Notes: generated by a model from the letters alone, not told the origin. Counted from the stretch's first letter, positions 9,917-20,130 are shown. The stretch: DNA of 64,000 nucleotides from an uncultured Candidatus Saccharibacteria bacterium (GCA_964577675.1 CAZNZQ010000001.1:5875-69874), one strand, 5' to 3'. Made by a program: numbers and translations.

Positions 9917-10854
9917 TTGTTGTACTTCTTAACTAAGATGATAAGAAGAAGAATAACTATGAGCAAAATACCAATGACAACTGATAGGAGCTGCCAAGGA
10001 AACATAAAATACGTGACAGAGGCTCCTGCCTTTCCCTCTGCACCAAAAGATAGTTCAAGGTCTGCGGTATACATACCAACGGCTAAGTTACTCATTTGAT
10101 ATTTAACATGATCAAAGAAAGGCGCAGAAACCGCAGGGGCTTCTCCTTCACCATAACGAACATCGAAACGTCTCACACTGCCAGGAAGTACGTTACCTTC
10201 ATTCTGGTTTGCATTAATGCGTGCAGTTTCCATCCCGATACTGTTGCGAATGACAATATCTCCAGCTGGCTTAACACGATCATTACCTGCGTTATTAAAA
10301 CGATAAACGAAATCTACCGGAATACTGCTGAGAACTTTTTTATCTTCTTTGATTGTAAATGAGGAGAGCCCTCCTTCTTCTTTTATGTCACCTGTAACCT
10401 TGAGCAGTATAAGCATTCCAACCTTTGCTCCAACAGAAACCTGACCTCCGTCAGCGCTTGGTGGCACTGTAGAGAGGAAAACTGCAGCAAAGTGTCCACC
10501 AGCGTCAGCGTCTTGAGGGATAGTAACTGTATATGGAATAGTTATTCTCTCCCCTTTCTTAATAGTTACTTTGTCCGTAATAGTTATCCAAGAAGGCAGA
10601 CCGTCTGTTCCTGGTGTAAAGTTAGGTGTACCACTTTCACCTTGTGAGTCGAATGCTTCAACTGAGGTATACAGCACCTGGTCAGTATCTTGTTCATTAA
10701 TAACCAAGAAAGTTTTAGCTATTGACTCCCCCCTATCCCCGGTGAGCTCTTCTCTGGCCGGTGAAATAGTGAGCGCTGTAGCGACACCTAGAGAAAGTGC
10801 TAGCTGTAATGCTACTAGCCCTAGAATTTTTTTCGTGAAGTGATTAGATGACAT
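9877..10854 (-). CDS. cell-surface protein resembling DUF916/DUF3324 (CscA-like) with C-terminal TM anchor and Lys-rich tail
   Basis: 325 aa with a signal peptide, a ~280-aa ectodomain (GGHFAAVF motif), a C-terminal TM helix (VVIGILLIVILLLIILV) and a KKYNK tail. This is the architecture of WxL-cluster DUF916/DUF3324 proteins. The assignment rests on architecture and loose motif resemblance. Confidence 0.35.
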   Translation of the reverse strand: MSSNHFTKKILGLVALQLALSLGVATALTISPAREELTGDRGESIAKTFLVINEQDTDQVLYTSVEAFDSQGESGTPNFTPGTDGLPSWITITDKVTIKKGERITIPYTVTIPQDADAGGHFAAVFLSTVPPSADGGQVSVGAKVGMLILLKVTGDIKEEGGLSSFTIKEDKKVLSSIPVDFVYRFNNAGNDRVKPAGDIVIRNSIGMETARINANQNEGNVLPGSVRRFDVRYGEGEAPAVSAPFFDHVKYQMSNLAVGMYTADLELSFGAEGKAGASVTYFMFPWQLLSVVIGILLIVILLLIILVKKYNKWIIEQARAAAKQ

Positions 10855-10873
10855 TGGAGATTAGTTTAGATTT

Positions 10874-11965
10874 CTAGAAGTTTGCAGTAGCAACGTAAGT
10901 AAGGTTGGCTGCATATGTACCTGCTTCTGTGATAGCAGCGATGTTAGCGAGATAACGTAGAGAAATTGTCGATGTTGGAGTCGACCCTGTTCCTGATGCT
11001 AGTGATGACGGTGTTGAAGACGAAGCATCAAAGCCGTACGACGTAGCCGCTGAGTAAGTCGGATCTAGAGTGACGTTCGTGCCACCAGATTCGGTCGCAC
11101 GTAGTGCAAATTGTTCTGTTCCTGGTGTAGAAGATGCAGCTGTCCCGCCAACCGCTGTAATGGTATTGAGAGAGTTCTGTTGAGAAGTTAATGTATCTCC
11201 GCGCACAGTAACAGCGAAGCCGTATGGCGCATTCGTAGAAACAGCTAACGTATGCGCAATTGTATCTGTAGTATCTCCAGCTGTATTAGTCGATGAAGCG
11301 AATTTAGCAGCGCCAGACCCTAGGTTGCCGAAATAGATAGTAGTAGTAGAGATAGTGAAGGTGAGAGACTGTTGGACGGTGCCAGTCATAGACACTGTAT
11401 CATCTGAGATAATATAGGTGCTTATAGAGCCTGTATCGCCAAAGGTTCCTCCGATTGTTATTTCGTAGAGACCAGGTGTAGCAGGGTTAGTGATCTGCTG
11501 AGCGCCTGTCGCGCCGAAAGTAGCATTTGAGCCAATTTCTATCTGAACACACCTGTTCGCTGGAATAACAGCAGTGCCTGACGTGATAGTGATGGTCTGG
11601 GAAGCCTGAGCGGTTCCCCACGTCTGACCAGATGCTGCACCCGCTTGAAGTGCGGCATCCTGGAAACCAGAACACGTAGCTGAGGTGCTAGTTGCGAAAT
11701 CTAGATTGTTAACACTAAAAGTTCCCATTGCGTATCCGGCTGGGAATGTGATTTGAATGTTCTGTCCCGCACCCACACCAGTAGGAGTTACAAACTGAAT
11801 TGTATGGTTAGAAAGAGTGCTCACCTGAACCGAACTCTGAGTATTGGAAAGGCTAGTAAGAGAAGCAGCAAATGCGAGCTCTATGTGAACCAGAGAAGCT
11901 CCGACACCGATAGCCGCAACAGTAACGGCGCTTACAGCTTTCTTTATAAATGAATTTTTAAGCAT
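10874..11965 (-). CDS. secreted T/S/G/A-rich protein, paralog 1, with WxL-like C-terminal module
   Basis: 363 aa with a signal peptide. Its C-terminal ~170 aa are shared with 12108..13226 and 13275..16553 (QQSLTFTISTTTIYFGNLGSGAAKFASSTNTAGDTT...AGTYAANLTYVATANF). Confidence 0.5.
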   Translation of the reverse strand: MLKNSFIKKAVSAVTVAAIGVGASLVHIELAFAASLTSLSNTQSSVQVSTLSNHTIQFVTPTGVGAGQNIQITFPAGYAMGTFSVNNLDFATSTSATCSGFQDAALQAGAASGQTWGTAQASQTITITSGTAVIPANRCVQIEIGSNATFGATGAQQITNPATPGLYEITIGGTFGDTGSISTYIISDDTVSMTGTVQQSLTFTISTTTIYFGNLGSGAAKFASSTNTAGDTTDTIAHTLAVSTNAPYGFAVTVRGDTLTSQQNSLNTITAVGGTAASSTPGTEQFALRATESGGTNVTLDPTYSAATSYGFDASSSTPSSLASGTGSTPTSTISLRYLANIAAITEAGTYAANLTYVATANF

Positions 11966-12107
11966 ATCAATAATTAATTACTAAACTATCTTTTAAGAAT
12001 TTTTTATTCTTATTTTATCTAAGTGTACCATCTGCGTAGAATTTTCCATCGTTTTATGTGGAAAAGCTTGGAAAGTAATAGAAGTTACACACTCAAACAG
12101 CCCACAA

Positions 12108-13226
12108 TTAGTAGTTAGCAGTCGCCACATAGATAAGACTGGCTACGTAGGTACCAGCTTCAGTGGTACCAGCTATATTGGCCACATATCTGAGCGAATA
12201 GGTAGAAGTGTTCGTTGACCCGCTTCCTGTTGCTAGAGTTGCCGGGGTTGTGGATGAGGCATCAAACCCGTATGATGTTGCAGCAGAAAACGTAGCATCG
12301 ACAGTAGCGCCTGTTCCTCCTGATACGGTAGCCCTGATTCCGAACTGCTCAGTGGCAATAGTAGAGGAAGCAGCTGTTGCCCCCATGGCAGTAATAGTAT
12401 TGAGTGCACTTTGCTGAGAAGTAAGCGTATCTCCTCGTATTGTTATGTTGTACCCAGAAGGCGCGTTAGTTGATATAGCTAAAGTATGCGCAATTGTTTC
12501 TGTTGTATCTCCTGCAGTATTAGTTGATGAGGCAAACTTAGCTGCACCAGACCCTAGGTTACCAAAATAGATAGTAGTAGTAGAGATAGTGAAGGTGAGA
12601 GATTGTTGGACGGTCGCACTGACGATAACAGTATCGTTAGTGATAATATTCTGTGTAATTGTTCCATCGTCTGCTCCGGCTCTAATTGTGAGTGCATAAG
12701 AACCAGGAGATGCTGGGTTAGTTATCTGCGAGACCCCAGTTGCGCCTGACGTTGCATTGGCTCCGATCTGAACTTGTACACAACGGTTGGCTGGAATGGT
12801 GGCTGTACCAGAAGTAAGGTACACAGTTGCAGTTGCTTGTGTTACTCCCCATGTGTTTCCAGAAGCTGCACCAGACTGGATAGCTGCGTCTTGGAAAGTA
12901 ACACATGACGCTGAAGTACTAGTTGCCAGATCAAAGTTAGCTATTGCAAAAGTACCCGTTGCGTAACCAGAAGGAAAGGTGATGCTAATTCCCTGCCCCG
13001 CAGAAAGCCCTGTTGGTGTAACAAATTGAATTGTGTGATCAGACAGCGTACTTACTTTGAGTGAGCTTTGAGTGTCTGAGAGACTTGAGAGGGCTGCAGC
13101 ATGAGCTAGCTCAACATGCACAATAGAGACACCTAAAACGATTGAAATAATTGTGACAAACGAAAGCGTCCTATTTAAAAAGCTGCTACCAATCCGTATT
13201 CTGGAAAAAAGACTGCTGAGTACCAT
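12108..13226 (-). CDS. secreted T/S/G/A-rich protein, paralog 2, with WxL-like C-terminal module
   Basis: 372 aa, about 65-70% identical to paralog 1 over the full length, ending ...AGTYVASLIYVATANY. Confidence 0.5.
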   Translation of the reverse strand: MVLSSLFSRIRIGSSFLNRTLSFVTIISIVLGVSIVHVELAHAAALSSLSDTQSSLKVSTLSDHTIQFVTPTGLSAGQGISITFPSGYATGTFAIANFDLATSTSASCVTFQDAAIQSGAASGNTWGVTQATATVYLTSGTATIPANRCVQVQIGANATSGATGVSQITNPASPGSYALTIRAGADDGTITQNIITNDTVIVSATVQQSLTFTISTTTIYFGNLGSGAAKFASSTNTAGDTTETIAHTLAISTNAPSGYNITIRGDTLTSQQSALNTITAMGATAASSTIATEQFGIRATVSGGTGATVDATFSAATSYGFDASSTTPATLATGSGSTNTSTYSLRYVANIAGTTEAGTYVASLIYVATANY

Positions 13227-13274
13227 AGACCTTTATAGAATATCATAGAAGAAACTGCTTAGTAAGTGGGCTAC

Positions 13275-16200
13275 TTAAAAATTAGCCGTAGCTACATATA
13301 CTAGACTGGTACTGTAATCTGCGGGCGGAGTTGTAGCAGCTACATTAAGAAGATATCTAAGCGAAAAAGTGGTCGTCGCACTGTCGCCAACCGTAGAAGA
13401 AGCCACTTGCACCGCAGTAGATGTAGAAGCACCGAATGCGTAGAGAGCCGATGCGTAAGGAGAATTAACGCCACCAGAACCACCTGATGCTGTAGCTCGT
13501 ATACCGAACTGTTCAGTCCCTGGATTGGAAGTCGAGCTTGTGCCACCTAATCCAGCTATGGTCGTTGTCCCTGCTGAAAGACTTCCACCCTGGAGGGTGA
13601 TAGAATACCCGTTTGTAGCGCTTGTTAAGACAGAGACGGTGTGCGCCACGACTTCTGTGTTACTTCCGCCTGTACTTGTACTCGACGCATATCTCGCCTG
13701 CGCAGGAGAGGCTACACCAAAGTAAACGCTTGATGTTGATATGCTAAACGTAATCGCCTGCGAAGATGACGCACTACTGCGCTCCTCCCACTCTACGAGC
13801 AACCTGTACCGGACCAGGGCATCGCCGCGAGCCTGTTCGTTATAGAGAGCAAAACCTTCTCCTTCTTTGAGAATAAGTTCGTCTCCATAATAGATGTCAC
13901 TTTCATAGTTACCAAAGGGTTGGTTGACCACGCCCGGCACAGTAATACCAAGAAGTCGTGATTCGGCAGCCTGCGCAAGCGTTACCGTGACACCTGTGGT
14001 ACGTATATCTGATGTGGTCGTTGCCGTGCCTGAATGTTTTCTAGGGATACTCGTAGAAGCGACAGAAGTCCCAGCTGAGACTGCGCTTATTTTTCTAACG
14101 GCCGCTGAACCGTAGACTGGCGCAACCGCTGTACCACTACGATTAACCCTGATGCCTAACTTCTTCACCAAAAAGTTTTTACCTGAACCAGACGGGTTAA
14201 AGAATGACGTATAGACATACCCATTTGCAGTAGACTGATTGACTGGACCAGATGTGTACAGATACTCTCCTTGAGAAGATGGAGTTACAGATTCCTCGTC
14301 CCATTCAATAAGAACTTTTACCCTAAAATCAGCATCCCCAGCTGCAGTATCATGATAAAAACCAACACCTTCACCTGCTTGTAAAATTAAAGGTTCCTTA
14401 TTGCTAAATTCTATTTCTTTATACCCAGTATTGCCAGCTGCAGCACTGGCTACTGCCCCTGGTGTCTGTATCGCGAGAAGCTTAGAATCGGTTGTCCCGG
14501 AATATGTAGCCGTAACACCAGTTCGACGTATTTCTACAATACTATTTGCAGTTCCAGAATGTTTTTTAGGTATGTTTGCTGCAGTAATTTGTGTCCCTGC
14601 TGACGCAGCAGAGATACGCCGTAGCTGCATTGGAATATAGACCGCCGCTGCAGCAGTGTCTACTCTTATACTTACCCTCCTAATAATTGCAGTCTTACCA
14701 GAGCCAGCTGGGTTAAAAAATGTCGCATAGTTATATGAGGTCGCAGCACTTCCGTTAATAGGTCCTATATCTATAAGGTACTCTCCTTGGGATGTGGGCG
14801 CAGAAGCTTCTTCATCCCACTCGATCTGAATCTTTACATAATTATCAACATCCCCTGTTGCTAAGTTATAGAGCCCTATTCCTTCCCCTGGTTGTAGTAC
14901 TATCTTCTCATTCTCACCAAGAACAATTTCTCTCTCTCCTATGGTCTGCCCTACAGCACCTGGGGAGTTAACGGTTAGAAAGTTAGAGTCTGTTGTTCCG
15001 AAGTAAGTAGCAGTAATGGCAGAAGCACACGCAAGTCCACACCACCTCATTTCCATTACACTATTTGCTGTCCCGGTATGCTTCTTCGGTAGAGCACCAG
15101 CTGCTACGAGTGTACCCCCCGACGCTACGGTCATCCTCCTAAAAGCGTACCCAACATACACTGCGGTAGTATCTGCATTTATCTTCACCAAGAGCCTCTT
15201 AACAACCGCGGTCTTACCTGAACCAACTGGATTAAAGAACGAGTAGTGGGTTGTGTTAGCTGCGGGTGACGCTTCTACGCGTGATGACGCCCATATATAC
15301 TCGCCCTGCGACGAAGGCGTATTACTTGTATCAACTTCTTGCCACTCTATAATCATACGAACAATTTGATCGATGTCACCAGCCGTCTCTGAAATAAGGG
15401 CTATTCCTTCACCGGCCTGTAATATAAGTTTTTCATCACTCTCATGAAAGTCCATTTGTTGCCAGCCTATTGCCTGTCCTGTTGTGCCACATGGAGTAAC
15501 ATTACCGATACGCGCATCAATACCACCGGCAGTCGTAGTAGAGACAGTAACCCCTGTGCGCCTAAACTCCATTTTAGTATCAGTACCGCTTGTGTTTTTC
15601 TTTGGAATACTAGACGTAGCGATAGACGTCCCACCGGTTGCTGATGATGTTCTCTGCAAAATAATGTTATTGGTATAGATGGCGGCTGCGTCACATGTCT
15701 CTGTCCCGAACCAAACACGCTTCACAACTGCTGTCTTACCGGACGCAGATGGGTTAAAAAAGGAATTGTAAGTGTACCCTGCGGTTGCCGCCACTTCAAC
15801 ACGAGGAAAAGCAAAGAGAAACTCGTTTTGCGGAGAAGGAGCATTCACTGTTTCCTCCCACTCTATAAGTACACGGACGCGAGCTGTAACTGTGCCAGCA
15901 GCTTCTTGATAAACTGCGACACCTTCCCCTGGCTGAACCACAATTCGCTCATCACTTTCCCCAAACGTAATATCACGCCCTGGGTAATACGCTCCAACAG
16001 CACCAGAAAGAGGTCGCCCTAAAATTCTGGAATCTGTTGTTCCTGAAAGAGACACTGTAGGGCCAGCTGTTCGAACCTCGATAACAGAATCAGTTGAACT
16101 AGAGTTTTTATCTACATAATCTGTCGCTATAATTTGCGTACCAGCTGAGGATGTAGAAATCCTGCGCAAGCTTAAGTTAACATAGTTTGAAGCAGTAGAG

Positions 16201-16553
16201 GAGGCGGTGTTTGCTCGTATGGCCACTCTCTTAATAGAAGCAGTACGCCCAGAAGCAGATGGGTTAAAAAAAGCTACATATACATAGTTCGCCCCAGTGG
16301 AACCGTTCACAGGCCCGATATCTAACATATATTCTCTTTCTCCTGGGTTTAGTGCAGCCTGTGCCTTGGGCACTGAAAAGTAATTATCAACAACATTTTT
16401 GTTAAGCGAAGCTAAGTAGAGTTTGTCCACTATTTGAGAATTTTTATGCTCTTTTACTATATATTGAGAAGCGTAAAAAAGAGCCACTGGATCAAAACCA
16501 GAGAAGAACAGGTATACAATAAGAAAGAGTGAGAATATTTTCTTAATCAGCAT
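13275..16553 (-). CDS. giant secreted paralog: 5 tandem ~165-aa repeats plus the shared WxL-like C-terminal module
   Basis: 1092 aa. It has five internal repeats, each containing FFNP[SA][GA]SGKTA[VI][VI]KRV and ES/NDE[KR][LI][IV]LQ[AP]GEG[IV][AG] and ending in IEW[EQD]E. The last ~195 aa are homologous to the two smaller paralogs (...SLVYVATANF). Confidence 0.55.
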   Translation of the reverse strand: MLIKKIFSLFLIVYLFFSGFDPVALFYASQYIVKEHKNSQIVDKLYLASLNKNVVDNYFSVPKAQAALNPGEREYMLDIGPVNGSTGANYVYVAFFNPSASGRTASIKRVAIRANTASSTASNYVNLSLRRISTSSAGTQIIATDYVDKNSSSTDSVIEVRTAGPTVSLSGTTDSRILGRPLSGAVGAYYPGRDITFGESDERIVVQPGEGVAVYQEAAGTVTARVRVLIEWEETVNAPSPQNEFLFAFPRVEVAATAGYTYNSFFNPSASGKTAVVKRVWFGTETCDAAAIYTNNIILQRTSSATGGTSIATSSIPKKNTSGTDTKMEFRRTGVTVSTTTAGGIDARIGNVTPCGTTGQAIGWQQMDFHESDEKLILQAGEGIALISETAGDIDQIVRMIIEWQEVDTSNTPSSQGEYIWASSRVEASPAANTTHYSFFNPVGSGKTAVVKRLLVKINADTTAVYVGYAFRRMTVASGGTLVAAGALPKKHTGTANSVMEMRWCGLACASAITATYFGTTDSNFLTVNSPGAVGQTIGEREIVLGENEKIVLQPGEGIGLYNLATGDVDNYVKIQIEWDEEASAPTSQGEYLIDIGPINGSAATSYNYATFFNPAGSGKTAIIRRVSIRVDTAAAAVYIPMQLRRISAASAGTQITAANIPKKHSGTANSIVEIRRTGVTATYSGTTDSKLLAIQTPGAVASAAAGNTGYKEIEFSNKEPLILQAGEGVGFYHDTAAGDADFRVKVLIEWDEESVTPSSQGEYLYTSGPVNQSTANGYVYTSFFNPSGSGKNFLVKKLGIRVNRSGTAVAPVYGSAAVRKISAVSAGTSVASTSIPRKHSGTATTTSDIRTTGVTVTLAQAAESRLLGITVPGVVNQPFGNYESDIYYGDELILKEGEGFALYNEQARGDALVRYRLLVEWEERSSASSSQAITFSISTSSVYFGVASPAQARYASSTSTGGSNTEVVAHTVSVLTSATNGYSITLQGGSLSAGTTTIAGLGGTSSTSNPGTEQFGIRATASGGSGGVNSPYASALYAFGASTSTAVQVASSTVGDSATTTFSLRYLLNVAATTPPADYSTSLVYVATANF

Positions 16554-17532
16554 AACTTATATAAGAATAGACATCTTCGCTAATTTCTTTGAAAATCTCC
16601 TTAATTGCAAATTGATTAAGTTCTCCTGGCTTATTTTGTGCTATCATCACAGTTAGTATGTACGGCCTCCCCGGCACATAAACAATCCCAGAGTCCGCCA
16701 TGACCTTCTCGTCTATCCTGATACCAGTCTTGTGTACGAAAGCTATGTCACTAGGTAACCCAAGAGAAAGATATTCTTTTGGCGCTCGACTCAAGATATC
16801 CAAAAATAACTTAGAGTTCTCGTGTGTAAAGTATGTTGAGTTATAAAGAGATCTAAAAAAGATAGAGTAACGCTTCGCGGTGATTCTGTTGTCTACATCT
16901 GAGTCTTTTTTATTATCGCGTTTAAGTGTATCTATAACGTCGTCCATTCCAAGGTGAACAAACACCTCTTCGAGCTCTTCCCCTTCTAAGTTGCGAAGAA
17001 GGATGAAGTGGGCGGTGTTGTCAGAGTTAATTAACGACTCTTCCAAAAGTCGCTTAATCGACATAGATGTACCTGTTGGAAGTTTATACATTTCACCAAA
17101 CTCACTATCTTTATCTTGATCCAAGATGACGAGCTCGTTATGTAACTTCCACTTCCCTTCCTCCACCTTTTTTAGTGCTGCCATGGCAACAGGTATCTTG
17201 ATGAGACTGGCTGGCCATATCTTCTCATCTTTATTAACAGCAATGTTAGCCCCTGTAGGTAAATACTCAAAATAAATTGATATCGTATAATCCCCTTTCC
17301 CTTCATACCCCTGCAGCTTCTCTCTCAATTCTTGAAAATCAACTATTAGATTCCTTTTGTCTAGGACAGCAAGCGACGGGTTAAGGTAACTAGAAACATC
17401 ATTTGCAGTAAAGCGGGCGTCGCCTCTAGTTAACAGGAGAATAAAAACTGTGCAAAGCAGTACTCCAATAATTACAACATATGCTTTGTTGGTATAAAAA
17501 TTGTGTAGAGCTTTTGTAATTATTTTTTTCAT
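16543..17532 (-). CDS. class A beta-lactamase-fold serine hydrolase (beta-lactamase/transpeptidase-like) with N-terminal TM
   Basis: 329 aa. All three class-A motifs are present in the right order and spacing: S-x-x-K (ASLIK), SDN (INSDNTA) and KTG (HKTGI). Confidence 0.55.
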   Translation of the reverse strand: MKKIITKALHNFYTNKAYVVIIGVLLCTVFILLLTRGDARFTANDVSSYLNPSLAVLDKRNLIVDFQELREKLQGYEGKGDYTISIYFEYLPTGANIAVNKDEKIWPASLIKIPVAMAALKKVEEGKWKLHNELVILDQDKDSEFGEMYKLPTGTSMSIKRLLEESLINSDNTAHFILLRNLEGEELEEVFVHLGMDDVIDTLKRDNKKDSDVDNRITAKRYSIFFRSLYNSTYFTHENSKLFLDILSRAPKEYLSLGLPSDIAFVHKTGIRIDEKVMADSGIVYVPGRPYILTVMIAQNKPGELNQFAIKEIFKEISEDVYSYISYAD

Positions 17533-17537
17533 ATATA

Positions 17538-20057
17538 TTATTCTTCGGTTGTAGTTGCGGTAACCGGCAAGTTGAGGCTGCTGATAGTATCTTTATCTAG
17601 AATACTATCTAGTTCAAACTTTCGCCTAAGAGCTTCTGATAGGCTGCCGTCATCGTCAGAGAATACCTCTCCTGTTTGTTCACTATAAAATGCAAAGTCC
17701 TGCGCTCCAACTATAACTTCCCATCGAACACCGTCAAAGACAACACGGCCTCTTTCTCCAATTGATGTGTCATGTGCCGGAACCTCTCTCACTTGAATAG
17801 ATTTGTCGGTCAAATTAAAAGCATACACTCTTGACCTATCTTCAGAGAGCCAAAATAAGTGCGTATCCTTAATTCCAATCTGCATATTTTTATCTATTGT
17901 AATAGATGTTGAGGATCCAGCTTCTATCTTATACTCCCCTCCATTCTGGAGATCATACAACCACAACTCTTCCTTGCCATCTTTCTCCACCTGAACAATG
18001 ACAGCATTAAGGAGTGCGCCTCTAATTCTTTTAATCAAGTCTTTTGCAAAATCAGGCAAGCGATCCTCTTTCGTTTCTTCTGTCTTATCTTCCTTCTCTT
18101 CTTTTTTTATTTCTTGGACGATTTCGCGAGGAGAAAGTAAGGACCATGATTCTTTCTTCTCCAGCTTAAACCACTTATTCTTCGGTGTAACTGGAATGAT
18201 CACTGTGCTGCTTGTTGCAGTAGAAGTAGCTGTGATATCTGTACTCGCGGCAACTGAGCTTGTAGCTACTTCTGTCGTTGAAGTTGCGGTTACTAACGAG
18301 GATACCTCTTCTGTGGAGGTAGCCAAACTATTAGTTGTTGTCGCTACAGTTGTACTTGCGATATCTAAGGTACTGGTTGCTTGCGACACCTCTTCCTCAA
18401 GATACATATACCATATCTCTTCTTCATTGGTTTCGTTATTGATAATAGTTACTAGTCGCACACCATCAATCATCTCATCGTTAAGTATCGTATCTCTCGT
18501 AAAGTCTGGATGAGTATACTCTAGAGTAGAATCGTAAAGCACTTCTACCTTAACTGCATCGAGATATGTCACAGGCGTCTCACGTTCTAGGCTTTTAACA
18601 GTTACTTTTACTTGTAGCTGAGTCATATCTGCCCAGGTAGACGAGGCAGAAAGCGGGATTTCGAATGTTCTATATTTCATAGAGATCTCGTTGAGTTCAC
18701 CAAGAGAAGTCCAAGTAACTCCATCGAATGTGTACAGTATTTCTAAGAAGTTATTCTGTGACTCTTCTGGCGCTTGAGACAATAGCTCAGATGATGTTGA
18801 AACCATTTCTGTGGTTGATGCTAGACTTGAACTAGCTATAGAGAAGAGGTCGTCTGTGGAGGAAGCCGTTGTTGTGGCTGACAAAGAAACAATACTAGAG
18901 GTAGAGTTCTCCGGTGAAGCTTGTGACGAAGTGGATACAACCAAGGAGAGACCTTCGTCTGCCGTTTGAGTTACAGGCGTAGCTGTTTGTTCCTCTGTTC
19001 CTGGCTCGTCTATCTCTTGCGTCTCACTAGAGATTGAAGTAGTAAAAGATTCTTCGGGTGTAATGGCTACGAGCGGAGCCTCTTCCTCCATAGCCTGAAC
19101 AGGAGTGGCTACCTCCTCACTGCTCTCCTGCGCGAAAACAGTGGTAATAAAAAGTGAACCGATTCCCTGAAGAAGGTCCCGCATAAAAGATGTAGGGGCT
19201 TCAGGTGGTACTGAACTATCTCCTGCGGGCGTGACCTCTGCAGGGATTGACACTTCTTGGGATGCTGGCATGGTTTCTATCACAGGCGGTGGCACTACTA
19301 CCGTGTCTGTAACACTCTCAGACGGTGAGTTGTTAAAAATATTCCCCAGCGTTTCAGTTACCGCTCCTACAATAATCTCCGCGAATGATTGATTATCGTT
19401 TACTGATTGTGTGGTCGAAGCCTCAAGTGCCTCATTGGCAGTTTGAACAGGCGGAGATGAGGAGGCGGATGTTGAAGTTGACACAGTCTCTGTAGAGGAA
19501 GCTGAGAGTAATTCTTCAGAAGTTGAGGATGTTATCAGGGTTGTACTTGCGACAGCATTTATTACCTCAGTTGTTGTAGCTAGTTCACCAATAGTAATTT
19601 CTTCTTTATTAGTTATCGCAAGAGAAACAATTATCTTCTTAGGGACAGTTGCGTCATTAAATGTACCGTCGAAATTACCGCAATAGATATCAGCTGCTGT
19701 ATTCTTGTCTAGAATGGCTGAGTTCTTGTCGTTAAATTGTGAAGGGTCTGCATTAGATGTTGTCTCTCCTTCTTTCTCTGCATTACGAGGGTTGCTCCAA
19801 CCACCTAAACACGTCTCTGGATAAAAAGTTACAATATCAGCCTTACCACGTGGTGAGATAAAGCTGCCAACCACAAGAACAAGGACAAGCGAAGACAGTG
19901 CCATCATCATGTGCTTCTTCTGAAGAGCTCTATCGACTTGCTCTGAATACGAGAAGACCAAGTCATTCAGCGACTTGCTAACATTGTCGATATGAGACCC
20001 GACTTCGGGAAAATTCTTAGAAATGATTCTTGGTTTTCTTAGTTGGAATTTGCCCAT
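17538..20057 (-). CDS. single-pass membrane protein with very long S/T/A/E-rich low-complexity ectodomain
   Basis: 839 aa with an N-terminal TM (MMMALSSLVLVLVVGSF) and several hundred residues of S/T-rich low complexity. It has no recognisable catalytic motifs. Confidence 0.5.
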   Translation of the reverse strand: MGKFQLRKPRIISKNFPEVGSHIDNVSKSLNDLVFSYSEQVDRALQKKHMMMALSSLVLVLVVGSFISPRGKADIVTFYPETCLGGWSNPRNAEKEGETTSNADPSQFNDKNSAILDKNTAADIYCGNFDGTFNDATVPKKIIVSLAITNKEEITIGELATTTEVINAVASTTLITSSTSEELLSASSTETVSTSTSASSSPPVQTANEALEASTTQSVNDNQSFAEIIVGAVTETLGNIFNNSPSESVTDTVVVPPPVIETMPASQEVSIPAEVTPAGDSSVPPEAPTSFMRDLLQGIGSLFITTVFAQESSEEVATPVQAMEEEAPLVAITPEESFTTSISSETQEIDEPGTEEQTATPVTQTADEGLSLVVSTSSQASPENSTSSIVSLSATTTASSTDDLFSIASSSLASTTEMVSTSSELLSQAPEESQNNFLEILYTFDGVTWTSLGELNEISMKYRTFEIPLSASSTWADMTQLQVKVTVKSLERETPVTYLDAVKVEVLYDSTLEYTHPDFTRDTILNDEMIDGVRLVTIINNETNEEEIWYMYLEEEVSQATSTLDIASTTVATTTNSLATSTEEVSSLVTATSTTEVATSSVAASTDITATSTATSSTVIIPVTPKNKWFKLEKKESWSLLSPREIVQEIKKEEKEDKTEETKEDRLPDFAKDLIKRIRGALLNAVIVQVEKDGKEELWLYDLQNGGEYKIEAGSSTSITIDKNMQIGIKDTHLFWLSEDRSRVYAFNLTDKSIQVREVPAHDTSIGERGRVVFDGVRWEVIVGAQDFAFYSEQTGEVFSDDDGSLSEALRRKFELDSILDKDTISSLNLPVTATTTEE

Positions 20058-20130
20058 AGTACTTCTTTAGTATAGCAACGAAAAGTACTTAAAAATGAAG
20101 GGCAATCCACACAAAAGACTTTTACTACTT

